A stretch of 64,000 bases of DNA from Eledone cirrhosa (taxonomy: Eukaryota). The stretch is taken from contig OZ024742.1 of assembly GCA_964016885.1 (NCBI GenBank), positions 198,958,001 through 199,022,000 on the forward strand. The letters are read 5' to 3'. Numbering within the stretch: position 1 is the stretch's first letter; the number at the start of each line of letters is the position of its first letter. The translations under genes were made by a program, and so were the position numbers. The notes beneath the pieces were generated by a model. That model was given only the letters and a program-made list of their open reading frames with translations. It had not been told where the DNA came from and did not search any database. Of this stretch, positions 43,229 through 58,200 are shown one piece after another.

Positions 43229-46200
43229 TTAAATGTAGTGTTTACTCCTGCCACAACTGACCACAACATATTAAATGTAGTGTTTACTCCTGCCACAACT
43301 GACCACAACATATTAAATGTAGTGTTTACTACTGCCACAACTGACCCCAACATATTAAATGCAGTGTTTACTCCTGCTACAACTGACCCCAACATATTAA
43401 ATGTAGTGTTTACTCCTACTACAACTGACCCCAACATATTAAATGTAGTGTTTACTCCTGCCACAACTGACCACAACATATTAAATGTAGTGTTTACTCC
43501 TGCCACAACTGACCCCAACATATTAACTGTAGTGTTTACTACTGCCACAACTGACCACAACATATTAAATGTAGTGTTTACTCCTGCCACAACTGACCAC
43601 AACATATTAAATATAGTGTTTACTCCTGCCACAACTGACCCCAACATATTAAATGTAGTGTTTACTCCTGCCACAACTGACCACAACATATTAAATGTAG
43701 TGTTTACTCCTGCCACAACTGACCCCGACATATTAAATGTAGTGTTTACTCCTGCCACAACTGACCCCAACATATTAAATGTAGTGTTTACTCCTGCCAC
43801 AACTGACCACACCATATTAAATGTAGTGTTTACTCCTGCCACAACTGACCACAACATATTAAATATAGTATTTACTCCTGCCACAACTGACCACAACATA
43901 TTAAATGTAGTGTTTACTCCTGCCACAACTGACCACAACATATTAAATATAGTGTTTACTCCTGCCACAACTGACCACAACATATTAAATATAGTGTTTA
44001 CTCCTGCCACAACTGACCACAACATATTAAATGTAGTGTTTACTCCTGCCACAACTGACCCCGACATATTAAATGTAGTGTTTACTCCTGCCACAACTGA
44101 CCACAACAAATTAAATGTAGTGTTTACTACTGCCACAACTGACCACAACATATTAAATATAGTGTTTACTCCTGCCACAACTGACCACAACATATTAAAT
44201 GTAGTGTTTACTCCTGCCACAACTGACCCCAACATATTAAATGTAGTTTTTACTCCTGCCACAACTGACCACAACATATTAAATGTAGTGTTTACTCCTG
44301 CCACAACTGACCACAACATATTAAATATAGTGTTTACTCCTGCCACAACTGACCCCAACATATTAAATGTAGTTTTTACTCCTGCCACAACTGACCACAA
44401 CATATTAAATGTAGTGTTTACTCCTGCCACAACTGACCACAACATATTAAATGTAGTGTTTACTACTGCCACAACTGACCACAACATATTAAATATAGTG
44501 TTTACTCCTGCCACAACTGACCCCAACATATTAAATGTAGTTTTTACTCCTGCCACAACTGACCCCAACATATTAAATGTAGTGTTTACTCCTGCCACAA
44601 CTGACCACAACATATTAAATGTAGTGTTTACTCCTGCCACAACTGACCACAACATATTAAATGTAGTGTTTACTCCTGCCACAACTGACCACAACATATT
44701 AAATGTAGTGTTTACTCCTGCCACAACTGACCACAACATATTAAATGTAGTGTTTACTCTTGCCACAACTGACCCCAACATATTAAATGTAGTGTTTACT
44801 CCTGCCACAACTGACCCCAACATATTAAATGTAGTGTTTACTCCTGCCACAACTGACCACAACATATTAAATGTAGTGTTTACTCCTGCCACAACTGACC
44901 ACAACATATTAAATGTAGTGTTTACTCCTGCCACAACTGACCACAACATATTAAATGTAGTGTTTACTACTGCCACAACTGACCACAACATATTAAATAT
45001 AGTGTTTACTCCTGCCACAACTGACCCCAACATATTAAATGTAGTTTTTACTCCTGCCACAACTGACCCCAACATATTAAATGTAGTGTTTACTCCTGCC
45101 ACAACTGACCACAACATATTAAATGTAGTGTTTACTCCTGCCACAACTGACCACAACATATTAAATGTAGTGTTTACTCCTGCCACAACTGACCACAACA
45201 TATTAAATGTAGTGTTTACTCCTGCCACAACTGACCCCAACATATTAAATGTAGTGTTTACTCCTGCCACAACTGACCACAACATATTATATGTAGTGTT
45301 TACTCCTGCCACAACTGACCACAACATATTAAATGTAGTGTTTACTCCTGCCACAACTGACCACAACATATTAAATGTAGTGTTTACTACTGCAAAAACT
45401 GACCCCAACATATTAAATGTAGTGTTTACTCCTGCCACAACTGACCCCAACATATTAAATGTAGTGTTTACTACTGCCACAACTGACCCCAACATATTAA
45501 ATGTAGTGTTTACTCCTGCCACAACTGACCCCAACATATTAAATGTAGTGTTTACTCCTGCCACAACTGACCACAACATATTAAATGTAGTGTTTACTAC
45601 TGCCACAACTGACCCCAACATATTAAATGTAGTGTTTACTCCTGCCACAACTGACCCCAACATATTAAATGTAGTGTTTACTCCTGCCACAACTGACCAC
45701 AACATATTAAATGTAGTGTTTACTCCTGCCACAACTGACCACAACATATTAAATGTAGTGTTTACTCCTGCCACAACTGACCACAACATATTAAATGTAG
45801 TGTTTACTCCTGCCACAACTGACCCCAACATATTAAATGTAGTGTTTACTCCTGCCACAACTGACCCCGACATATTAAATGGAGTGTTTACTCCTGCCAC
45901 AACTGACCACAACATATTAAATGTAGTGTTTACTCCAGCCACAACTGACCACAACATATTAAATGTAGTGTTTACTCCTGCCACAACTGACCACAACATA
46001 TTAAATATAGTGTTTACTCCTGCCACAACTGACCCCAACATATTAAATGTAGTGTTTACTCCTGCCACAACTGACCCCAACATATTAAATGTAGTTTTTA
46101 CTCCTGCCACAACTGACCACAACATATTAAATGTAGTGTTTACTCCTGCCACAACTGACCACAACATATTAAATGTAGTGTTTACTACTGCCACAACTGA

Positions 46201-49200
46201 CCACAACATATTAAATATAGTGTTTACTCCTGCCACAACTGACCCCAACATATTAAATGTAGTTTTTACTCCTGCCACAACTGACCCCAACATATTAAAT
46301 GTAGTGTTTACTCCTGCCACAACTGACCACAACATATTAAATGTAGTGTTTACTACTGCCACAACTGACCACAACATATTAAATGTAGTGTTTACTACTG
46401 CCACAACTGACCACAACATATTAAATGTAGTGTTTACTCCTGCCACAACTGACCACAACATATTAAATGTAGTGTTTACTCCTGCCACAACTGACCCCAA
46501 CATATTAAATGTAGTGTTTACTCCTGCCACAACTGACCCCAACATATTAAATGTAGTTTTTACTCCTGCCACAACTGACCCCAACATATTAAATGTAGTG
46601 TTTACTCCTGCCACAACTGACCACAACATATTAAATGTAGTGTTTACTCCTGCCACAACTGACCCCAACATATTAAATATAGTGTTTACTCCTGCCACAA
46701 CTGACCCCGACATATTAAATGTAGTGTTTACTCCTGCCACAACTGACCCCAACATATTAAATATAGTGTTTACTCCTGCCACAACTGACCCCGACATATT
46801 AAATGTAGTGTTTACTCCTGCCACAACTGACCACAACATATTAAATATAGTGTTTACTCCTGCCACAACTGACCCCAACATATTAAATGTAGTGTTTACT
46901 CCTGCCACAACTGACCACAACATATTAAATGTAGTGTTTACTCCTGCCACAACTGACCACAACATATTAAATGTAGTGTTTACTCCTGCCACAACTGACC
47001 ACAACATATTAAATATAGTGTTTACTCCTGCCACAACTGACCACAACATATTAAATGTAGTGTTTACTCCTGCCACAACTGACCCCAACATATTAAATGT
47101 AGTGTTTACTCCTGCCACAACTGACCCCAACATATTAAATATAGTGTTTACTCCTGCCACAACTGACCCCGACATATTAAATGTAGTGTTTACTCCTGCC
47201 ACAACTGACCCCAACATATTAAATATAGTGTTTACTCCTGCCACAACTGACCCCAACATATTAAATGTAGTGTTTACTCCTGCCACAACTGACCCCAACA
47301 TATTAAATATAGTGTTTACTCCTGCCACAACTGACCCCGACATATTAAATGTAGTGTTTACTCCTGCCACAACTGACCACAACATATTAAATATAGTGTT
47401 TACTCCTGCCACAACTGACCCCAACATATTAAATGTAGTGTTTACTCCTGCCACAACTGACCACAACATATTAAATGTAGTGTTTACTCCTGCCACAACT
47501 GACCCCAACATATTAAATGTAGTGTTTACTCCTGCCACAACTGACCCCAACATATTAAATATAGTGTTTACTCCTGCCACAACTGACCCCAACATATTAA
47601 ATGTAGTGTTTACTCCTGCCACAACTGACCCCAACATATTAAATGTAGTGTTTACTCCTGCCACAACTGACCACAACATATTAAATGTAGTGTTTACTCC
47701 TGCCACAACTGACCCCAACATATTAAATATAGTGTTTACTCCTGCCACAACTGACCACAACATATTAAATGTAGTGTTTACTCCTGCCACAACTGACCAC
47801 AACATATTAAATATAGTGTTTACTCCTGCCACAACTGACCCCAACATATTAAATGTAGTGTTTACTCCTGCCACAACTGACCACAACATATTAAATGTAG
47901 TGTTTACTCCTGCCACAACTGACCACAACATATTAAATGTAGTGTTTACTCCTGCCACAACTGACCACAACATATTAAATGTAGTGTTTACTCCTGCCAC
48001 AACTGACCACAACATATTAAATGTAGTGTTTACTCCTGCCACAACTGACCCCAACATATTAAATGTAGTGTTTACTCGTGCCACAACTAACCCCAACATA
48101 TTAAATGTAGTGTTTACTCCTGCCACAACTGACCACAACATATTAAATATAGTGTTTACTCCTGCCACAACTGACCCCAACATATTAAATGTAGTGTTTA
48201 CTCCTGCCACAACTGACCACAACATATTAATTGTAGTGTTTACTACTGCCACAACTGACCACAACATATTAAATATAGTGTTTACTCCTGCCACAACTGA
48301 CTACAACATATTAAATGTAGTGTTTACTCCTGCCACAACTGACCACAACATATTAAATGTAGTGTTTACTCCTGCCACAACTGACCCCAACATATTAAAT
48401 ATAGTGTTTACTCCTGCCACAACTGACCACAACATATTAAATGTAGTGTTTACTCCTGCCACAACTGACTACAACATATTAAATGTAGTGTTTACTCCTG
48501 CCACAACTGACCACAACATATTAAATGTAGTGTTTACTCCTGCCACAACTGACCACAACATATTAAATGTAGTGTTTACTCCTGCCACAACTGACCACAA
48601 CATATTAAATGTAGTGTTTACTCCAGCCACAACTGACCACAACATATTAAATGTAGTGTTTACTCCTGCCACAACTGACCACAACATATTAAATATAGTG
48701 TTTACTCCTGCCACAACTGACCCCAACATATTAAATGTAGTGTTTACTCCTGCCACAACTGACCACAACATATTAAATGTAGTGTTTACTCCTGCCACAA
48801 CTGACCACAACATATTAAATGTAGTGTTTACTCCTGCCACAACTGACCCCAACATATTAAATGTAGTGTTTACTCCTGCCACAACTGACCCCAACATATT
48901 AAATGTAGTGTTTACTCCTGCCACAACTGACCCCAACATATTAAATGTAGTGTTTACTCCTGCCACAACTGACCACAACATATTAAATGTAGTGTTTACT
49001 CCTGCCACAACTGACCACAACATATTAAATGTAGTGTTTACTCCTGCCACAACTGACCACAACATATTAAATGTAGTGTTTACTCCTGCCACAACTGACC
49101 ACAACATATTAAATGTAGTGTTTACTCCTGCCACAACTGACCACAACATATTAAATGTAGTGTTTACTCCTGCCACAACTGACCCCAACATATTAAATGT

Positions 49201-52200
49201 AGTGTTTACTCCTGCCACAACTGACCACAACATATTAAATGTAGTGTTTACTCCTGCCACAACTGACCCGAACATATTAAATGTAGTGTTTATTCCTGCC
49301 ACAACTGACCACAACATATTAAATGTAGTGTTTACTCCTGCCACAACTGACCACAACATATTAAATGTAGTGTTTACTCCTGCCACAACTGACCCCAACA
49401 TATTAAATGTAGTGTTTACTCCTGTCACAACTGACCACAACATATTAAATGTAGTGTTTACTCCTGCCACAACTGACCCCAACATATTAAATATAGTGTT
49501 TACTCCTGCCACAACTGACCACAACATATTAAATGTAGTGTTTACTCCTGCCACAACTGACCACAACATATTAAATGTAGTGTTTACTCCTGCCACAACT
49601 GACTCCGACATATTAAATGTAGTGTTTACTCCTGCCACAACTGACCACAACATATTAAAGTAGTGTTTACTCCTGCCACAACTGACCACAACATATTAAA
49701 TGTAGTGTTTACTCCTGCCACAACTGACCACAACATATTAAATGTAGTGTTTACTACTGCCACAACTGACCCCAACATATTAAATGTAGTGTTTACTCCT
49801 GCCACAACTGACCCCAACATATTAAATGTAGTGTTTACTCCTGCCACAACTGACCACAACATATTAAATGTAGTGTTTACTACTGCCACAACTGACCACA
49901 ACATATTAAATGTAGTGTTTACTCCTGCCACAACTGACCACAACATATTAAATGTAGTGTTTACTCCTGCCACAACTGACCCCGACATATTAAATGTAGT
50001 GTTTATTCCTGCCACAACTGACCACAACATATTAAATGTAGTGTTTACTCCTGCCACAAGTGACCACAACATATTAAATGTAGTGTTTACTCCAGCCACA
50101 ACTGACCACAACATATTAAATGTAGTGTTTACCCCTGCCACAACTGACAACAACATATTAAATGTAGTGTTTACTCCAGCCACAACTGACCACAACATAT
50201 TAAATGTAGTGTTTACTCCTGCCACAACTGACCACAACATATTAAATGTAGTGTTTACTCCTGCCACAACTGACCACAACATATTAAATGTAGTGTTTAC
50301 TCCTGCCACAACTGACCCCAACATATTAAATGTAGTGTTTACTCCTGCCACAACTGACCACACCATATTAAATGTAGTGTTTACTCCCGCCACAACTGAC
50401 CACAACATATTAAATATAGTGTTTACTCCTGCCACAACTGACCACAACATATTAAATGTAGTGTTTACTCCTGCCACAACTGACCCCAACATATTAAATG
50501 TAGTGTTTACTCCTGCCACAACTGACCACAACATATTAAATGTAGTGTTTACTCCTGCCACAACTGACCACAACATATTAAATGTAGTGTTTACTCCTGC
50601 CACAACTGACCACAACATATTAAATGTAGTGTTTACTACTGCCACAACTGACCCCAACATATTAAATGTAGTGTTTACTCCTGCCACAACTGACCACAAC
50701 ATATTAAATATAGTGTTTACTCCTGCCACAACTGACCACAACATATTAAATGTAGTGTTTACTCCTGCCACAACTGACCACAACATATTAAATATAGTGT
50801 TTACTCCTGCCACAACTGACCACAACATATTAAATGTAGTGTTTACTCCTGCCACAACTGACCACAACATATTAAATATAGTGTTTACTCCTGCCACAAC
50901 TGACCCCAACATATTAAATGTAGTGTTTACTCCTGCCACAACTGACCCCAACATATTAAATGTAGTGTTTACTCCTGCCACAACTGACCACAACATATTA
51001 AATATAGTGTTTACTCCTGCCACAACTGACCACAACATATTAAATGTAGTGTTTACTCCTGCCACAACTGACCACAACATATTAAATATAGTGTTTACTC
51101 CTGCCACAACTGACCACAACATATTAAATGTAGTGTTTACTCCTGCCACAACTGACCACAACATATTAAATATAGTGTTTACTCCTGCCACAACTGACCC
51201 CAACATATTAAATGTGTTTACTCCTGCCACAACTGACCACAACATATTAAATATAGTGTTTACTCCTGCCACAACTGACCCCAACATATTAAATGTAGTG
51301 TTTACTCCTGCCACAACTGACCCCAACATATTAAATATAGTGTTTACTCCTGCCACAACTGACCACAACATATTAAATGTAGTGTTTACTCCTGCCACAA
51401 CTGACCACAACATATTAAATGTAGTGTTTACTCCTGCCACAACTGACCACAACATATTAAATGTAGTGTTTACTACTGCCACAACTGACCACAACATATT
51501 AATTGTAGTGTTTACTCCTGCCACAACTGACTCCAACATATTAAATGTAGTGTTTACTACTGCCACAACTGACCACAACATATTAAATGTAGTGTTTACT
51601 ACTGCCACAACTGACCACAACATATTAAATGTAGTGTTTACTCCTGCCACAACTGACCACAACATATTAAATGTAGTGTTTACTCCTGCCACAACTGACC
51701 ACAACATATTAAATGTAGTGTTTACTCCTGCCACAACTGACCACAACATATTAAATGTAGTGTTTACTACTGCCACAACTGACCACAACATATTAAATAT
51801 AGTGTTTACTCCTGCCACAACTGACCCCAACATATTAAATGTAGTGTTTACTCCTGCCACAACTGACCACACCATATTAAATGTAGTGTTTACTCCTGCC
51901 ACAACTGACCACAACATATTAAATGTAGTGTTTACTCCTGCCACAACTGACCACAACATATTAAATGTAGTGTTTACTCCTGTCACAACTGACCACAACA
52001 TATTAAATGTAGTGTTTACTCCTGCCACAACTGACCACAACATATTAAATGTAGTGTTTACTCCTGCCACAACTGACCACAACATATTAAATGTAGTGTT
52101 TACTACTGCCACAACTGACCACAACATATTAAATGTAGTGTTTACTCCTGCCACAACTGACCACAACATATTAAATGTAGTGTTTACTCCTGCCACAACT

Positions 52201-55200
52201 GACCCCGACATATTAAATGTAGTGTTTACTCCTGCCACAACTGACCACAACATATTAAATGTAGTGTTTACTCCTGCCACAACTGACCACAACATATTAA
52301 ATGTAGTGTTTACTCCAGCCACAACTGACCACAACGTATTAAATGTAGTGTTTACCCCTGCCACAACTGACAACAACATATTAAATGTAGTGTTTACTCC
52401 AGCCACAACTGACCACAACATATTAAATGTAGTGTTTACTACTGCCACAACTGACCCCAACATATTAAATGTAGTTTTTACTCCTGCCACAACTGACCCC
52501 AACATATTAAATGTAGTGTTTACTCCTGCCACAACTGACCCCAACATATTAAATGTAGTGTTTACTCCTGCCACAACTGACCCCAACATATTAAATGTAG
52601 TGTTTACTCCTGCCACAACTGACCACAACATATTAAATGTAGTGTTTACTCCTGCCACAACTGACCCCAACATATTAAATGTAGTGTTTACTCCTGCCAC
52701 AACTGACCACAACATATTAAATGTAGTGTTTACTCCTGCCACAACTGACCACAACATATTAAATGTAGTGTTTACTCCTGCCACAACTGACCCCAACATA
52801 TTAAATGTAGTGTTTACTCCTGCCACAACTGACCCCAACATATTAAATGTAGTGTTTACTCCTGCCACAACTGACCCCAACATATTAAATGTAGTGTTTA
52901 CTCCTGCCACAACTGACCACAACATATTAAATGTAGTGTTTACTCCTGCCACAACTGACCACAACATATTAAATGTAGTGTTTACTCCTGCCACAACTGA
53001 CCCCAACATATTAAATGTAGTGTTTACTCCTGCCACAACTGACCCCAACATATTAAATGTAGTGTTTACTCCTGCCACAACTGACCACAACATATTAAAT
53101 GTAGTGTTTACTCCTGCCACAACTGACCACAACATATTAAATGTAGTGTTTACTCCTGCCACAACTGACCCCAACATATTAAATGTAGAGTTTACTCCTG
53201 CCACAACTGACCCCAACATATTAAATGTAGTGTTTACTCCTGCCACAACTGACCACAACATATTAAATGTAGTGTTTACTCCTGCCACAACTGACCACAA
53301 CATATTAAATGTAGTGTTTACTCCTGCCACAACTGACCCCAACATATTAAATGTAGTGTTTACTCCTGCCACAACTGACCCCAACATATTAAATGTAGTG
53401 TTTACTCCTGCCACAACTGACCACAACATATTAAATGTAGTGTTTACTCCTGCGACAACTGACCACAACATATTAAATGTAGTGTTTACTCCTGCCACAA
53501 CTGACCACAACATATTAAATGTAGTGTTTACTCCTGCCACAACTGACCTCAATATATTAAATGTAGTGTTTACTCCTGCCACAACTGACCACAACATATT
53601 AAATGTAGTGTTTACTCCTGCCACAACTGACCACAACATATTAAATGTAGTGTTTACTCCTGCCACAACTGACCACAACATATTAAATGTAGTGTTTACT
53701 CCTGCCACAACTGACCACAACATATTAAATATAGTGTTTACTCCTGCCACAACTGACCACAACATATTAAATGTAGTGTTTACTCCAGCCACAACTGACC
53801 ACAACATATTAAATGTAGTGTTTACTCCTGCCACAACTGACCACAACATATTAAATGTAGTGTTTACTCCAGCCACAACTGACCACAACATATTAAATGT
53901 AGTGTTTACTCCTGTCACAACTGACCACAACATATTAAATGTAGTGTTTACTCCTGTCACAACTGACCACAACATATTAAATGTAGTGTTTACTCCTGTC
54001 ACAACTGACCACAACATATTAAATGTAGTGTTTACTCCAGCCACAACTGACCACAACATATTAAATATAGTGTTTACTCCTGCCACAACTGACCACAACA
54101 TATTAAATGTAGTGTTTACCCCTGCCACAACTGGCCACAACATATTAAATGTAGTGTTTACTCCTGCCACAACTGACCCCAACATATTAAATGTAGTGTT
54201 TACTCCTGTCACAACTGACCACAACATATTAAATGTAGTGTTTACTCCTGCCACAACTGACCCCAACATATTAAATGTAGTGTTTACTCCTGCCACAACT
54301 GACCACAACATATTAAATGTAGTGTTTACTCCTGCCACAACTGACCCCAACATATTAAATGTAGTGTTTACTCCTGCCACAACTGACCCCAACATATTAA
54401 ATGTAGTGTTTACTCCTGCCACAACTGACCACAACATATTAAATGTAGTGTTTACTCCTGCCACAACTGACCACAACATATTAAATGTAGTGTTTACTAT
54501 TGCCACAACTGACCACAACATATTAAATGTAGTGTTTACTCCTGCCACAACTGACCCCGACATATTAAATGTAGTGTTTACTCCTGCCACAACTGACCCC
54601 AACATATTAAATGTAGTGTTTACTCCTGCCACAACTGACCCCAACATATTAAATGTAGTGTTTACTCCAGCCACAACTGACCACAACATATTAAATGTAG
54701 TGTTTACTCCTGCCACAACTGACCACAACATATTAAATGTAGTGTTTACTCCTGCCACAACTGACCACAACATATTAAAGGTAGTGTTTACTACTGCCAC
54801 AACTGACCACAACATATTAAATGTAGTGTTTACTCCTGCCACAACTGACCACAACATATTAAATGTAGTGTTTACTCCTGCCACAACTGACCCCGACATA
54901 TTAAATGTAGTGTTTATTCCTGCCACAACTGACCACAACATATTAAATGTAGTGTTTACTCCTGCCACAACTGACCACAACATATTAAATGTAGTGTTTA
55001 CTCCTGCCACAACTGACCCCGACATATTAAATGTAGTGTTTATTCCTGCCACAACTGACCACAACATATTAAATGTAGTGTTTACTCCTGCCACAACTGA
55101 CCACAACATATTAAATGTAGTGTTTACTCCAGCCACAACTGACCACAACATATTAAATGTAGTGTTTACCCCTGCCACAACTGACAACAACATATTAAAT

Positions 55201-58200
55201 GTAGTGTTTACTCCAGCCACAACTGACCACAACATATTAAATGTAGTGTTTACTCCTGCCACAACTGACCACAACATATTAAATGTAGTGTTTACTCCTG
55301 CCACAACTGACCACAACATATTAAATGTAGTGTTTACTCCTGCCACAACTGACCCCGACATATTAAATGTAGTGTTTACTCCTGCCACAACTGACCACAA
55401 CATATTAAATGTAGTGTTTACTCCTGCCACAACTGACCCCAACATATTAAATGTAGTGTTTACTCCTGCCACAACTGACCACAACATATTAAATGTAGTG
55501 TTTACTCCTGCCACAACTGACCACAACATATTAAATGTAGTGTTTACTCCTGCCACAACTGACCACAACATATTAAATATAGTGTTTACTCCTGCCACAA
55601 CTGACCACAACATATTAAATGTAGTGTTTACTCCTGCCACAACTGACCACAACATATTAAATGTAGTGTTTACTCCTGCCACAACTGACCCCAACATATT
55701 AAATGTAGTGTTTACTCCTGCCACAACTGACCACAACATATTAAATGTAGTGTTTACTCCTGCCACAACTGACCACAACATATTAAATGTAGTGTTTACT
55801 CCTGCCACAACTGACCACAACATATTAAATGTAGTGTTTACTCCTGCCACAACTGACCACAACATATTAAATGTAGTGTTTACTCCTGCCACAACTGACC
55901 CCAATATATTAAATGTAGTGTTTACTCCTGCCACAACTGACCACAACATATTAAATGTAGTGTTTACTCCTGCCACAACTGACCACAACATATTAAATGT
56001 AGTGTTACTATTGCCACAACTGACCACAACATATTAAATGTAGTGTTTACTCCTGCCACAACTGACCCCGACATATTAAATGTAGTGTTTACTCCTGCCA
56101 CAACTGACCCCAACATATTAAATGTAGTGTTTACTCCTGCCACAACTGACCCCAACATATTAAATGTAGTGTTTACTCCAGCCACAACTGACCACAACAT
56201 ATTAAATGTAGTGTTTACTCCTGCCACAACTGACCACAACATATTAAATGTAGTGTTTACTCCTGCCACAACTGACCACAACATATTAAAGGTAGTGTTT
56301 ACTACTGCCACAACTGACCACAACATATTAAATGTAGTGTTTACTCCTGCCACAACTGACCACAACATATTAAATGTAGTGTTTACTCCTGCCACAACTG
56401 ACCCCGACATATTAAATGTAGTGTTTATTCCTGCCACAACTGACCACAACATATTAAATGTAGTGTTTACTCCTGCCACAACTGACCACAACATATTAAA
56501 TGTAGTGTTTACTCCTGCCACAACTGACCACAACATATTAAATGTAGTGTTTACTCCTGCCACAACTGACCACAACATATTAAATGTAGTGTTTACTATT
56601 GCCACAACTGACCACAACATATTAAATGTAGTGTTTACTCCTGCCACAACTGACCACAACATATTAAATGTAGTGTTTACTCCTGCCACAACTGACCCCG
56701 ACATATTAAATGTAGTGTTTACTCCTGCCACAACTGACCCCAACATATTAAATGTAGTGTTTACTCCTGCCACAACTGACCCCAACATATTAAATGTAGT
56801 GTTTACTCCAGCCACAACTGACCACAACATATTAAATGTAGTGTTTACTCCTGCCACAACTGACCACAACATATTAAATGTAGTGATTACTCCTGCCACA
56901 ACTGACCACAACATATTAAATGTAGTGTTTACTCCTGCCACAACTGACCACAACATATTAAATGTAGTGTTTACTACTGCCACAACTGACCACAACATAT
57001 TAAATGTAGTGTTTACTCCTGCCACAACTGACCACAACATATTAAATGTAGTGTTTACTACTGCCACAACTGACCACAACATATTAAATGTAGTGTTTAC
57101 TCCTGCCACAACTGACCACAACATATTAAATGTAGTGTTTACTCCTGCCACAACTGACCCTGACATATTAAATGTAGTGTTTATTCCTGCCACAACTGAC
57201 CACAACATATTAAATGTAGTGTTTACTCCTGCCACAACTGACCACAACATATTAAATGTAGTGTTTACTCCAGCCACAACTGACCACAACATATTAAATG
57301 TAGTGTTTACCCCTGCCACAACTGACAACAACATATTAAATGTAGTGTTTACTCCAGCCACAACTGACCACAACATATTAAATGTAGTGTTTACTCCTGC
57401 CACAACTGACCACAACATATTAAATGTAGTGTTTACTCCTGCCACAACTGACCACAACATATTAAATGTAGTGTTTACTCCTGCCACAACTGACCCCGAC
57501 ATATTAAATGTAGTGTTTACTCCTGCCACAACTGACCACAACATATTAAATGTAGTGTTTACTCCTGCCACAACTGACCTCAACATATTAAATGTAGTGT
57601 TTACTCCTGCCACAACTGACCACAACATATTAAATGTAGTGTTTACTCCTGCCACAACTGACCACAACATATTAAATGTAGTGTTTACTCCTGCCACAAC
57701 TGACCACAACATATTAAATATAGTGTTTACTCCTGCCACAACTGACCACAACATATTAAATGTAGTGTTTACTCCTGCCACAACTGACCACAACATATTA
57801 AATGTAGTGTTTACTCCTGCCACAACTGACCCCAACATATTAAATGTAGTGTTTACTCCTGCCACAACTGACCACAACATATTAAATGTAGTGTTTACTC
57901 CTGCCACAACTGACCACAACATATTAAATGTAGTGTTTACTCCTGCCACAACTGACCACAACATATTAAATGTAGTGTTTACTCCTGCCACAACTGACCA
58001 CAACATATTAAATGTAGTGTTTACTCCTGCCACAACTGACCACAACATATTAAATGTAGTGTTTACTCCTGCCACAACTGACCACAACATATTAAATGTA
58101 GTGTTTACTCCTGCCACAACTGACCACAACATATTAAATGTAGTGTTTACTCCTGCCACAACTGACCACAACATATTAAATGTAGTGTTTACTCCTGCCA

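Larger units (their letters stand above)
40000..44600 (+). repeat. ~2.3-kb tandem duplication carrying the SINE-like insert
   Basis: CTACTGCAAC at 40027/42371, T2C, insert, GCAG, GCTAC, CCTACTAC, CACACCAT and AACAAATT markers occur in the same order in both copies; the second copy is two monomers shorter downstream of the insert. Confidence 0.9.

Noticed and set aside
57155-57165. CCCTGAC as CpG deamination evidence for methylation
   Set aside because: Single event, and the same C36T change occurs in a non-CpG context (CCCTAAC, ~9350), so it is not informative.
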